The notes beneath the pieces are model-generated. The model did no database searches. It was not told the origin of the DNA and saw only the letters and a program-made list of their open reading frames with translations. Positions 38,164 to 49,655 of a stretch of DNA of 64,000 nt are shown here, piece after piece (position 1 is the first letter of the stretch; every line of letters begins with the position of its first letter). The translations under genes were made by a program, and so were the position numbers. This DNA is from Candidatus Latescibacterota bacterium. GTDB taxonomy: Bacteria > Latescibacterota > UBA2968 > UBA8231. Location of the stretch: assembly GCA_965223905.1 (NCBI GenBank), contig CBDCXV010000010.1, forward strand, positions 928,001-992,000. The letters are read 5' to 3'.

Positions 38164-39876
38164 ATGACTGGTAACGGAATGCCATATCGCTGTTCCCCGC
38201 GTATCCTCTTCAACACGGACGGGTGCCAGGCCTTCAAATACCTGCGTCGCCGCGATCCGAGCGATGTCACTGAGTTGATGGTACCGCTCTCCGAGACTGC
38301 AGTCGATGTCGTCTGCGCCCTCGTGGGTATCAACGACGATCTCTCCTGGCGGGGCAGCCCCTACGGCGAAGTCTGGGGGGATACCATCGGTCACAGCATC
38401 GACGATCTGATCGCAGCAGACGGCAGTTTCCGCTCGAATCTGGCCTCCGGGATCGAGCCCAGCGACCTGCTGCAGATGGGCTTGCGGGCCATGATCGATG
38501 ACGGTCACGACGTCTTCCAGCTCTACGTGGATCGTGCGCGCGAACTGGGTCTGGGAATCTTTGCCTCGTTTCGCATGAATGCAGCTAATGCCAATACCGA
38601 GCACCGCGTGGCTGACGGCCGCCGTTCCGCCATGACATTGAACCGCCAGGATCTGCTTATCGGAGCGCCGGCGCTGAGCGGCAATGGCCGCGGCTTCAAT
38701 TTCTGCTGGCAATGGGATTACGCCCACGCAGAAGTGCGCGAGCGTTTTCTCGGTCGTTTCGACGAGGTTCTCACGCGCTACGACGTGGATGGGCTGGAGC
38801 TGGATTTCTGCCGCAACTTCCCTTTCTTCAAACGCTTTCAGGGATTCAAGCATATCGAGACCATGAACGGCTTCATGGGCCAGGTCAGGGAGATCGTACG
38901 CCGCCATGCCAAACGCAAAGCAACCGAGATCAAGCTGATGTGCCGGGTGGCTTCCAGCCTGGATGCCTGCGCCGAGCAGGGCCTGGACGCGGAACACTGG
39001 ATCCGGGAAGACCTCGTCGATATCGCCGCGATCTCGTCCATGGGTCACTGGCAATTGGATAACGACGTAGCCAGAGCTGTAGCCGCCGCGGAGAAAACCG
39101 GAGCCCTGATATACGTCGGATCTTCCATGGTCCCTCCAACCTCGCCGCAGGAGGGCTACGAGACCGGCCAACCTTCGGTTCGGCGGGCGATCGCCCTGAA
39201 TGCCTACCGGCAGGGGGCAGCTGGGGTGCACCTGTTCAACTACGACTACGCACACGAGCGGGCATTGCCGGAAGCTCCCGACGACCCCAGCGACCTGCCC
39301 GAGGTGGAGTATCCGCCCATATACAACGGACGTATGGGCCTGTACGCCTCGGACCGCTTCACACGCAAGGACCTGCAGCTGTTGCGCGATCTCGCCGATC
39401 CGGAGAGCCTTGCTCGGCTGGACCGCTGCTACAACCTTAACGCCAAGAAGCTTCCCGGTGATTTCGAGGCACAGATTCCGTTCAAGATCTCGCTTCGGGG
39501 CCGGGGCGCCGGCCCCCTTCACGGCCTGCGCTTGTGTCTCGAGGACGATGTTAAGGAGGGGCAGCACAGCGGCCGCATCCACAAGACTGAGTTGCGGCTG
39601 CAGCTGACTGAACACGAGGCGAACATACAACGCCTCTCTTGCGAGGTGAACGGCAAACGCGTCGATCTCGCGAACGCCCGGACCATAAGTAATTCAGCCG
39701 GCGAATTCTGGCTTGTGGTGGACGATCCGCCCCTGAAAAACGGCGAAAACACGGTATTGATCCTGCTGGAGGGCAGCCAGTCTCCGAACGGCTGGCACCG
39801 CACCGGGTCGGGCGTGGGGCCGAACTGGCCGACCCTGGAAAAGTGTGAATTGCTGGTGATCTGCGGCACTGAGTAA
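38164..39876 (+). CDS. TIM-barrel glycoside hydrolase-like protein (GHL10/DUF187-like)
   Basis: FNTDG, ASFRMN, DYAHAEVR, YDVDGLELDFCR, GVHLFN. Confidence 0.7.
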   Translation: MTGNGMPYRCSPRILFNTDGCQAFKYLRRRDPSDVTELMVPLSETAVDVVCALVGINDDLSWRGSPYGEVWGDTIGHSIDDLIAADGSFRSNLASGIEPSDLLQMGLRAMIDDGHDVFQLYVDRARELGLGIFASFRMNAANANTEHRVADGRRSAMTLNRQDLLIGAPALSGNGRGFNFCWQWDYAHAEVRERFLGRFDEVLTRYDVDGLELDFCRNFPFFKRFQGFKHIETMNGFMGQVREIVRRHAKRKATEIKLMCRVASSLDACAEQGLDAEHWIREDLVDIAAISSMGHWQLDNDVARAVAAAEKTGALIYVGSSMVPPTSPQEGYETGQPSVRRAIALNAYRQGAAGVHLFNYDYAHERALPEAPDDPSDLPEVEYPPIYNGRMGLYASDRFTRKDLQLLRDLADPESLARLDRCYNLNAKKLPGDFEAQIPFKISLRGRGAGPLHGLRLCLEDDVKEGQHSGRIHKTELRLQLTEHEANIQRLSCEVNGKRVDLANARTISNSAGEFWLVVDDPPLKNGENTVLILLEGSQSPNGWHRTGSGVGPNWPTLEKCELLVICGTE

Positions 39877-39880
39877 AGGA

Positions 39881-40237
39881 ATGGTCATGCCTGGCAAGCA
39901 GGTCGAAAAGCTCTCTACCAAACCCAATCTGCTCTTCATTTCCACCGACCAGCAACGGTTCGACACCCTGCGCTGTTACGGCAACGAGCTCATCCATACA
40001 CCCAATATGAACGCCCTGGCGGATGAGAGCTTCGTGTTCCAGAGCGCCTATGTGACGCAACCTCTGTGTTCGCCGGCGCGGTCCAGCATCATGACCGGGC
40101 TATATCCCCACACCAACGGCTGCATTCACCTCAACATCCCCCTGCAATCCAGTACGGCCACCCTGGCCGAGATGGTCTCGTCCGACTACGTCTGTGGCCA
40201 CTTCGGCAAGTGGCATTTGGGCGACGAGATTTTCCCG
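39881..40237 (+). pseudogene. Sulfatase N-terminal fragment
   Basis: KPNLLFISTDQQR, CSPARSSIMTG, GKWHLG; truncated after ~119 aa. Confidence 0.85.
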
Positions 40238-40521
40238 TCGCTGGACATGTAGTTGAAGTCTTCGCCCAACAGGTCGGCACCGATGCCTTCGATGCGCTCG
40301 TCGTCGAGCAGGGCGCACAGGTAGGGGTGCTGGTCGATGAAGGGCACGAGCGATGAGCGCTGTTGCTGGTCGTGGGGACGATGGTAGTGGCCGCCGCCGT
40401 ACTCCGCCCACACGTCCTCGAAGGCCTGAGTGATGGCCTCGGCTTCAGCGGCGAGCAGACCTGGGAAACTCAAATAGCCGAAAGTTTCGAAGAAATTCAT
40501 CTGCTGTTCGGTCAGGGACAT
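40232..40521 (-). pseudogene. PhyH-family N-terminal fragment
   Basis: MSLTEQQMNFFETFGYLSFPGLL...YMSSDG, truncated where it meets the sulfatase. Confidence 0.75.
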
Positions 40522-40750
40522 CGACACCTCCGTCACAGGCACCGCAGTAGCTTGCTGCAGGCCTCACCGAGCGCCAACTTACCGGGCAGCAGACCGCTCG
40601 TCAATTCTCGCCAAAATGCACCACACACGCGCACCGATCGCCGAAGTGCGGTGACGAACCATGGACGATCCTCTCAAGTTTGCCATTCGGCTTCTGACAG
40701 CGCTCTTTCAAAACTGATATGAATCGACACCTGGACAGAAGGACAATCTG

Positions 40751-41830
40751 ATGAACTCGACGCAGACCAAGGCCCGCCTCGGCTTTATAGGCGCCGGCTG
40801 GTGGGCCACCAGCAACCACATGCCGCTCCTTGTCGTCCGCGACGACGTCGAACTGGTCGGCGTCTGTCGGCTGGGCAACAACGAACTCCAGCGAGTCAAA
40901 AACCGCTTCCTTCGGTTTCGGCTACGCCACGGAGGACTATCTGGAGCTTCTGGACAACTGCGAACTGGACGGTGTGATCGTCGCCTCGCCCCACACCCTG
41001 CACTACGAGCACGCGTCAGCCGCTCTGTCTAGAGGCCTGCACGTCATGTGCGAAAAACCCATGACCACCAGCGCCGACCACGCGCGACAGCTGGGGCGCC
41101 TGGCCGGCGAAAAGAACTGCCATCTCCTCGTCCCGTACGGTTGGCACTGCAAACCGTTCGTACAGCAGGCCAGAAAACTCATGGATGATTCGGCCGTCGG
41201 CCAGATCGAATTCGTCCTTTGCCACATGGCCTCCCCCATCCGCGGCCTGCTTTCGGGCGAAGGGATGCACATCGAAGCCGTATCCGGCCAGGAAGAAGCC
41301 AACCTCTTCGATCCCGACCCGGCCACCTGGGCCGATCCCGAGGTGGCCGACGGAGGATACGGCTACGCCCAGATCTCCCACTCCTCCGGCATGCTCTTCT
41401 GGCTCACCGGCCTGCGGGCAGAAAGCGTCTTCGCCGTTATGACCGCCCCCGGAGCACAGGCGATCTCTACAATGCCTTCAGCGTGCGATTCGAGGACAGC
41501 GTCATCGGCACTGTCAGCGGTGCGAGCTCGGTACCTGCCGACCAGACTTTCCAGGTCGATTTGCGCATCTTCGGCACCGAGGGCATGCTGCTGCTCGACT
41601 GCGAGCGCGCCCGTCTCCACCTTCGTCGCCACGATGGCAAGCACCACGTCGAGGAAGTAGCGGCAGACTCCGGCGGCTACGAGTGCAGTGGCCCGCCCAA
41701 CAACTTCGTCGACCTGATCTTACGAAAGACCGACGTCAATTGGGCACCTGGAGAGGCGGCCATGCGTGGCGTGGAAATGCTCGATGCCGCCTACCGCTCG
41801 GCAGCTTCAGGCCGCGAAGAGCACGTCTGA
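40751..41830 (+). pseudogene. Gfo/Idh/MocA oxidoreductase with two frameshifts
   Basis: GFIGAGWW, HVMCEKP and the C-terminal part lie in three successive ORFs (shifts near 40910 and 41460). Confidence 0.8.
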
Positions 41831-41980
41831 GATTACGTGTGGCACTGTAGAAATCGCGTGTGCCCGAACCGCGACTCTGCACAGGCCGTTAATCTGCTGT
41901 CGGTCACAAACGGACGGTCAGCCCGCGCGTCCACTCGTTTCGTGACCGCGACTGTTCACGCAGAGCGAGCCGCCGCACCA

Positions 41981-43978
41981 TCAATACACCCTGATATGAT
42001 TGCCTCTCATGCCCGTAAACGCGTCCACCAACAGCCAGAAACCGGCCGCCACGAACTGTCCCAGTATGATCCCTATAAAGAACGGTTTCGTCCGTTCGTA
42101 AAGGCTGGGCCCGCCGTAGTTCAATACGAGGAGTTTAATCAGCCAGGCGCCCAGAATCGACATCCAGGTGGCGTTCAACATCCACGAAGAGCTCACCGCA
42201 AAACCGATGGGATGAAACGGCCACCAAGCAAAGGTATGGCGCGCGATCATCAGGCCGACCATGACTACCGCCCCCACCCCGGTCCATATCCACCCACCCA
42301 TATGCGGCTCGGTCGGATTCACTAGATGATATTCGGCGAATCGAGACGCCGACATGGCGTAGGTCTGGTAGTATCTGCCATTCAGATTGAGACCCCCATG
42401 TTTGTAGCCCAGATGGATCTGAAACCACGTGGCGGCCACCATGGCGATTATTGCGGCCGCACCGATGGCGAGAAAAACGCCCCGCCGATGGCGGGTGATT
42501 TCCGAGCCCATGCGCAGCGCGTTGGCCATGGGAGCGGTGACAAACGTGATAAAAGTTCCCGCCCACACCAGGGTGTATCCGGCTGCGACTACGCCTTTGA
42601 TACCCATGGCGGTGGCGCCGATGCCAGACATCACAAAACTGGCCGGCGTCATGGCGGGGGTGATGGTGGGCACCCCAGTTTCCGCGATAACACGCGCCAG
42701 CCCGATCATGATCACGAAGGTTGCGAAGATGAAAACGGGAACGATCCAGGCCGGGATGCCCGATTGCCATAACCACAGAAAAACGAAGGTCGTGCCGCCC
42801 AGAAAACAGAGGACGGCAGCCCGGTACGATATGATCTCCCGCGAGTCATCCACTGGCGCATCTTTGTTCCACGCCTTGTGCAGAACCTCCTTGAGGTGAG
42901 GCCGTGCGGTCCACAGACCGAAGACGACTAGAACGATCAGCGCTCCCATCATTTGGTGCCCGAAAATGTCCCCCCCTACGCCCCTCGTCGCAGCTCCCGG
43001 ACCCAGGTCTTGCGCGAGGTGAATGTCGAGAATGGCAAAGATGCCGCCCTGGAGTACGCGAACGACATAGAAGAACCACATGCCGAAGGCGACGCCTGTA
43101 TTGATGAAGTATGCAAAACCGAGCATGAGGAAATTGATGCGAAAGGTCACCTCGATTTGGTCGCGAAAAATCATCGTTTCCACCTGTCCCATGACGGCGG
43201 GAATCCAGGGGAAATAGTTGTGCAGGATGTTGGTGCTGTTCATCAGAAAGGAGAAGATGAAGCCGGCCCACATGACCGGATTCTTGAAAAACGGCTTGAC
43301 AATCGAATCGGGGCTGCCGTTGTCCTGCAACATGGCCAGGGGCACTTGGGCCACTGGAAACGCCAGGCGTTCATGATCCACCCACTGGCGCCGGAGAATC
43401 ACCAGCGCGCTGAGCAGCATGAGGTGGTAGGCGAGGAAGAAGAGAAGCCAGCGCAGCAGGACCGGCATCCACAGGAGCCACGGAATGCGGTCGGCGCTTT
43501 CCCCAAGGTACAGGTCCCGGACCGCCTCGGGCTCGTCGAGTACGAGCCACTCCGCCAGAATGGGATGGATAAGCTCTGCCCAGTTGTTCTCGGGGCTGGC
43601 ATAGAAAGTACCCCCGGTGACCATCACCACGACCTTCTGCGCGACGCCGCGGTTGGGAATGTGCGTGGCTATCGCCATCATGATGAATATGACCACCAGC
43701 TCGCCGGGACGTAGATGCCAACCGCGGTTGAGCAGAGCGAGGAATACCTGGACCGTCAGGAGGAGGACGAAGAACAGAATGAAGGCGGCCGGCGTGCACG
43801 AGCTTAGGCCGATGCGCGACCCGTGGATGACGTTTATCGTGTAGGGCAGGATCAGCGCGATGCTCAACGCCGAGAGCGAGCCGATCACGAGGCTGCGGGG
43901 CGAAATCGCCCACCGATCGCCATGCTGCGATGAGCCGGTCGTCTCGCTGTGGCGCCCGTCAGAGATTATTGAAACCAC
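41981..43978 (-). CDS. DUF6785-type multi-TM membrane protein
   Basis: FYASPEN, RRQWVDHERLAFP, WPFHPIGF; probable GTG start at 43978. Confidence 0.78.
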   Translation of the reverse strand: MVSIISDGRHSETTGSSQHGDRWAISPRSLVIGSLSALSIALILPYTINVIHGSRIGLSSCTPAAFILFFVLLLTVQVFLALLNRGWHLRPGELVVIFIMMAIATHIPNRGVAQKVVVMVTGGTFYASPENNWAELIHPILAEWLVLDEPEAVRDLYLGESADRIPWLLWMPVLLRWLLFFLAYHLMLLSALVILRRQWVDHERLAFPVAQVPLAMLQDNGSPDSIVKPFFKNPVMWAGFIFSFLMNSTNILHNYFPWIPAVMGQVETMIFRDQIEVTFRINFLMLGFAYFINTGVAFGMWFFYVVRVLQGGIFAILDIHLAQDLGPGAATRGVGGDIFGHQMMGALIVLVVFGLWTARPHLKEVLHKAWNKDAPVDDSREIISYRAAVLCFLGGTTFVFLWLWQSGIPAWIVPVFIFATFVIMIGLARVIAETGVPTITPAMTPASFVMSGIGATAMGIKGVVAAGYTLVWAGTFITFVTAPMANALRMGSEITRHRRGVFLAIGAAAIIAMVAATWFQIHLGYKHGGLNLNGRYYQTYAMSASRFAEYHLVNPTEPHMGGWIWTGVGAVVMVGLMIARHTFAWWPFHPIGFAVSSSWMLNATWMSILGAWLIKLLVLNYGGPSLYERTKPFFIGIILGQFVAAGFWLLVDAFTGMRGNHIRVY

Positions 43979-43991
43979 CCCCCTTGAGTTT

Positions 43992-45990
43992 TCACCACCG
44001 GTGGAGCCAGTGCGACACCGGAAGCCATATTCGATCCACACCCCTCGCCAGGACGACGCCGAACACGTAACCTACTGTCAGCCCGTAGAACAGGGGCTTT
44101 CCGGCCGCGTAGAGTCGCACACCGCCGCAGCGCAGCAGATAGTACTTTGCTATCCACACCACCAGCAGGCTGAACCAGTAGAACCGCACACCTACGCTGT
44201 ACTGAAACGCAATTCCCACCGGATGGAAGGGAAACCAGTGAAAGCGCAGCCGCAGCCAGGCGATTCCTGCAGCTTCGAAGAAACCCGTTAGCCATACGGC
44301 CCACTTGTCCACCGCCGCCACAGCGGGTTGGCCGATCAGTCGCACCATGTCGTCGAGGCTTCGGTCGTTTCCGCCCGCACCCGTGTTCGTGAAACCGTAA
44401 ACATAGTCGATGGTGGTCCCCGCTATGGCGAGAAAGCAGATGCCAAAGGCGACGAGCAAGGAAGCCGTAACCCACACGGGCTGCCGTTTGATTGAAAAGA
44501 TCCGCAGGTGGTGTACGATCGCGGGCCAGCCCGGAATGCGTCCGCCGGAGCCCATGAACAAATTGCCGGTGATGAGTTTGAAGCCCACGACCGAGCGCGG
44601 CGACAGGTGCTTTGTGCCCACCAGGTGGAGAATGAAGGACTCTCCTTTGAGATGGGGGTGCGTGGGAATGAGATAAGCAAATCCGGTAGCCGCCATCAGC
44701 TTGACTGTGACGAAGTGGGCGAGGGTAACCAACAGCAGCAGACCCACTGCCAGAAGCGGGCTTGCCCCCAGTGCCATGATCCAGCCCGTGACATAGATTC
44801 CGGAAACCCCCAGCCCGAAGAGTGCCCTCGGTACTGCCTCGTGTCGCTCTGGTCTCCTTCTCCGGAGAATGCCTGTCGCCAGATGGCACGAAGATGCCCA
44901 CGTGCCAACCAGATGGACCAGAGGGCAATAAAGATGAGGGCCCCGTAGCCTTCCATTTTGAGGATATCGACAACACCCAGCTGGTCCGCTTCAGAGCCGC
45001 CGACCGTCAACCCGGTCCTGCTCATGATCCACTCTTTGGGCAGGGTCAGCCAGTAGAAAACAATCAAGCTGGCGAGAATATCCAGCGGGCACAGATAGGC
45101 GACGGCGAGAACGAGGGGCAACAAGCGAATCGAGATACCAATGTGTTCGTCCAGTTCGACGCTATACTCTTCGAAGAAGATTTTCGTTTTCGGCAGCCCG
45201 GGCAGAAAGTACCCCGCCGTGTTGTAGACGGCGGGCAAGAAAACGGCAACGACGCCCACCCAGAAGAGCCAGGATTTGAATATGTGGGGAACGCGTCCTG
45301 GCCCTTCGCAGCCAGTTGTGAGATCGAGCGGCATCTGGGCCAGAGGAAATGCCAGTTTTTCCCCTTCGGCCCAGTGGCGCTGAAAGAGCACGAAGATGCA
45401 AAATCCGAATACCATCATGCCCATGGAGACGCTGAACCACTGGCCAATGGCGCCAACCCATCCTCCCCACGGTACCGTCTCACCCTGATCGAGACCGTAC
45501 CAGAAACCATTGATGACCCTCGGCTCGGTGCTGGCGAACACGTGCCAGGGCAAGATGTCGAAGAGGACCTCTTCCCACCGGTTTTCAGGTCCCGCAAGGT
45601 GAGTCGGGAGCGGCAGCATTGTTACGACATCCACCATCCAGCCATTGAGGGGCATGGTGCCCGCTACCCATCCCGTGGTAAATATTGTCAGTAGCTCGCC
45701 CCTGCGTAGCGCCAGGCGGGGGACGAAGGTTCTGAGCAGGGAGTTGAAGAAGAGCCAGAAGACGAAGGAAATGAGGACCATCAACGGGAGCTGGGAACTC
45801 ACCGAAAGTAACAGTAGCTGCACCACTAACCAGAAGGAGACGACACCCAGCAGCACAGCTCGCAGGGGTAATGGCGGGACCGGACTCCTCCGCCTCTTCC
45901 CCCCGTAGGTCGAGTGTGCGCTCCTTCTGCTGGTGATGGTTCGCCGGGAACTGCGTCTGAAACTATTCTACGTCCTTCATCCGCCACCAT
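43992..45990 (-). pseudogene. DUF6785-type membrane protein with several frameshifts
   Basis: Pieces 44696..45856 (PEN, EKLAFP) and 43992..44777 (FPFHPVG); 5' shifts in C-runs near 45866-45904; start uncertain. Confidence 0.7.
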
Positions 45991-46642
45991 GCCGGCGGCC
46001 CCCTTGAGTTTTCACTATCATCTGACATGTAATGCGTCCGGACCGAATCTCATTCACAGGCATTTGGTTCGGTGAGGGCGTCCGCTGTCGAGACAATCGC
46101 AGAGGTCATCGTCACGGCGGCCTGCCGTACTGGGTGAAGTCGACGAGGGCGCGAATGAAGAACGTCCAGGTGTCGAATTCCCTGAACCTTTGGAAGTCGT
46201 CGTCTGGAAGTCGTCGTCGTAATCCTGGTTGTCTACCGTCAGCGCCTGGTATCGCCGTCAGGCTCGCGCCATAGGGTACTCCCAATCCCGGTGCGTCTTG
46301 CGCCAGTGCAGCAGCTCGTCGTCTTCGGCGGTGGCGATCCACGTACCGGCCTTACAGCCGTGGTAGCTGATCGTCGTCACTCCCTCGTTATTGACAAACG
46401 CCCCGCCGCTCAAGATGCCGCCGGGCTTCCCAGCGCACCTGCCCCCACCGCGTAGCCCGACGGCGGACACCGCTGGCGGCACCGACCTGGTGCACTGGAC
46501 GTTCCACCGGCCGGCCCTGGTCCCGGCTCCGGGCGATCCTGGAGGTGCGGGTCAAATGGCCGTGGTCAAAGATCGGGTCCATCAAGTGGTGCCTGGATGC
46601 GCTTGGCTTGTCTGTCCCCTCAACACAACAAGGTAAAATCTC

Positions 46643-47593
46643 ATGAGCTCACACGACTTCAGACTCTCCATGTACCTTACCGAAACGCAATTGCCCTTTG
46701 AGGAAGCCCTGGACCTGGCCGCCGAACTCGGAGTCAAATACATCTGGTACATGTGCAACGGTGAGGTCAGCGGTAGGGCAGAAGACAAGGCCCTCGTCGA
46801 CATGAGTGACGCCGAGCTCGACGGGATGCAGGCGAAGGTGAAATCCCGAAACTTGGAGTTCTTTCTGCTTCTGAACAGGCCCCACTTTAAGGGCATCCAG
46901 CTCAACGAATTCGACCTCGACAACATGGAGGAGCATCCGACCTTCAAGCGGGATTTCGACGAACTGGTGCGCACCATGGAGATCGCTGGCTATCTCGGCG
47001 TTCCCGCCGTCAACATGTATTCCTTTCTGTGGCCCGGCGAGCTCGCTGGCAAGCAGACCTGGCCGATGCGCTGGATGACCCGCGGTGGTATCATCTCGGA
47101 TTTGGATATGGACAAGCTGGCAAAGGCGTTCTCGCTCGTAATGGAACAGGCTGAGCGCCACAACGTCGATGTCGCCCTATCCATGATGCCGTGGAACTAT
47201 ACCAACACCACCGGCAACTTTCGTCGCATCGCCGAGCGCGTCGGCTCCCCTCGCATGAAGGTGATGTGGGGCCCGGCCGACAACACCAACTGTGGTGAAT
47301 CGGACACGGCCACCGCCGGGTTTCACAATCTTCGACCGTATCTCTACGGCTTGCACATTAAGGACCTTCGCGTCAACGACGGCTTGAGCCTCGATTTCGA
47401 GTATTGTCCGTTTGGCGAAGGAGACACCGATTATCCGACCGTCTTCCGCAATCTGCGGGACCACGATTGCGACGTCTTCGTCTCCCTGGCAACCCATTTC
47501 CAACCACCGGGCGGCACCACCGTGGATGCCATGCGCATCAACGCGGCCAATGTCAAGAAGCTTCTCGAGCAGGTGGAGGACGGCGGAGACTGA
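46643..47593 (+). CDS. Sugar phosphate isomerase/epimerase (xylose-isomerase-like TIM barrel)
   Basis: FEEALDLAAELG, LHIKD, PFGEGDTDY. Confidence 0.8.
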   Translation: MSSHDFRLSMYLTETQLPFEEALDLAAELGVKYIWYMCNGEVSGRAEDKALVDMSDAELDGMQAKVKSRNLEFFLLLNRPHFKGIQLNEFDLDNMEEHPTFKRDFDELVRTMEIAGYLGVPAVNMYSFLWPGELAGKQTWPMRWMTRGGIISDLDMDKLAKAFSLVMEQAERHNVDVALSMMPWNYTNTTGNFRRIAERVGSPRMKVMWGPADNTNCGESDTATAGFHNLRPYLYGLHIKDLRVNDGLSLDFEYCPFGEGDTDYPTVFRNLRDHDCDVFVSLATHFQPPGGTTVDAMRINAANVKKLLEQVEDGGD

Positions 47594-47957
47594 CTGTTCC
47601 AGCGCCATGTAAGAGCGGGTCGTCGATGATCGCACGGGGGCGGCAGATCTTCCTCGCGCATGCGCCCATCGCCAGTGGCGGGGGGAAGGTGGCCGGGTCC
47701 TGGTCGGCGATGTACGGGTAGACCCTGTGGTCGTGAATCCGAACACCGGCTGCGGTTGAGATCACGAACGCCAGAATCTCCGAGAGCCGAAACTCGAAGA
47801 CCAATCACTTCGATCGGGGTACTGTAACCAATGCTACCCATTAACGCGTCCAAGTTCTCACAGCAAACACCTGCGCCAAGAGATTCTCCGCCAAAAAGGG
47901 TCTTTGTAAGTCCTATCCGTCACTTTTTTCTGCTCCGTAAGCCCGGGGGTTATCTCG

Positions 47958-49160
47958 TCAATTTCTTTTGTGGAGTCCCCCCTCGTGTATATTCATAGCA
48001 AGATTTCGGAAGTCGCGGATACGATGGACCGTGCACAGGTCGGCATCGTGCTGGTTGCCCGCTTCATAGCTCGTACGGGACAACATGATGATGTCGTCGC
48101 CGGCGATCACGGGGCTTGGGTACATGAAACTCCGTTTGATGTGGCCGGGCCAACAAGCCACGCAACCGGCAGGAAACCAGTTGAGACAGTCGATGCTGTA
48201 ATGGAGAAAGAGCCAGCGGCGCTCGTTGCCGGGACCTCCCATGAAGCCCGACTCACGCATGCGATGGCCCCAGCCGAGAAGATCGTGGGAGTTGGTGGCC
48301 AGATTGCCCAGCAGCCAGTACATCTCGTTTGGCTGGTCGTGCATGACGAAAAACTTGCACTGACCTCCTGGCCAGGAAACAAATTGCTGGAATTCCAGCC
48401 GATCTGTATCCGGTTCGTATTCCAGCACGCCGGCAATATTCGTGCTGGCATAGTCGTCTATGGTGCAGCGGTTGAAAACGCGGATGCGCCCATTGACTTC
48501 CACTGTATTGGGTTCGACCCACCCGAACGCGCATGGCGGGTCGCGGGAGATCTGCGGGGTGCGACCCGGCGGAAAATGACTGCCCGTCAGCGAGTCGGGC
48601 AGTTCGGGCCGCGGCACGGCATTGGAGTAGCTCCAGGCGTCGGGATCCAGCGGCGAGCCGCTGCGGTCGTACTTCACCATTACCATGCAGTTGCGGCTTC
48701 TCTCGTCCATCTCGCCCTCGATGGCGTAGTCCATCGCCCAGTACAGCGCTTCCGGCCGGGCGACCATGGCGGTAGAGATGTTCCAGAAGGAGCCTTCCAG
48801 TACCATCTGCGCCGGGCTCCACGTGCGTCCACGGTCATCGCTGGACACGATATGAAAATCCCGATGACTGGTATGCTGGACGAACATCAGCAGCTGGCCG
48901 TCGAGAACGAAGGGTGTGGCCTCCTCGTACGGAAGGGGCGACAGTTCCTCCCAGGTTTGACCTTCGTCCCGGCTGAGCAGCATGCGAACGGTGCGCTCGA
49001 CCTCTGGCCGATCGCGACCCCACTGCGGCGCGGCAATCAGCAGGCTGTCGTCGTCCAGCCGGGTCATATTGGGGTCGTGAAAGAAGTAATTTTCCGGGTC
49101 GGGAACCCGGGCAGCTACGGTGTACTTCTGGGCAAGAGGTTCCACGTTTGGATTCGGCAT
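47958..49160 (-). CDS. BNR/Asp-box sialidase-like beta-propeller
   Basis: SRDEGQTW, SDDRGRTW, SIDCLNW; no FRIP motif. Confidence 0.7.
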   Translation of the reverse strand: MPNPNVEPLAQKYTVAARVPDPENYFFHDPNMTRLDDDSLLIAAPQWGRDRPEVERTVRMLLSRDEGQTWEELSPLPYEEATPFVLDGQLLMFVQHTSHRDFHIVSSDDRGRTWSPAQMVLEGSFWNISTAMVARPEALYWAMDYAIEGEMDERSRNCMVMVKYDRSGSPLDPDAWSYSNAVPRPELPDSLTGSHFPPGRTPQISRDPPCAFGWVEPNTVEVNGRIRVFNRCTIDDYASTNIAGVLEYEPDTDRLEFQQFVSWPGGQCKFFVMHDQPNEMYWLLGNLATNSHDLLGWGHRMRESGFMGGPGNERRWLFLHYSIDCLNWFPAGCVACWPGHIKRSFMYPSPVIAGDDIIMLSRTSYEAGNQHDADLCTVHRIRDFRNLAMNIHEGGLHKRN

Positions 49161-49510
49161 GGAATTCAGGCCTTCACAGGACGGCCATCGAGACTTCCAA
49201 AGTACGACCGTTCAAAGGGACGGACCAGCATTCCAGATGCGACCGGCGGCCGCCGGAGATCGATGGCTGGGGGTCGACGAGCAGGTCGTCGGTCACATTT
49301 AGACGAAATGCCTCGACGCCGGCGGAGGTTGCCTGTCGTTGAGATCTTTTCCAGCCTCCCGTATGAAATGGTCGATGGGCTGTTTTCGGACTATCCTTAC
49401 TCTGACTAACGATTTTGGCCTATGCTACTGCTCGTGTCCCCGAGTTAGTGCTCTCTGCTCACAGTTTGCTGGCTGCCAGCCCTGGAAACCTCATCGCGGA
49501 AGGCCTCATC

Positions 49511-49655
49511 ATGGACCGTGAGAAATTGAATATCGGCATCATAGGGTACGGTTTCATGGGCCGCGTCCATTCCAATGCCTACCGTCAGGTCACGCGTTTC
49601 TTTGACGTGCCGTACGAGCCCGTCCTCAAGGTGGCTGCGGCGCGCTCGTCGGAGC
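49511..49655 (+). pseudogene. N-terminal fragment of a Gfo/Idh/MocA oxidoreductase
   Basis: [24 protein letters not shown]...VLKVAAAR, then fuses out of frame to another gene. Confidence 0.75.
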
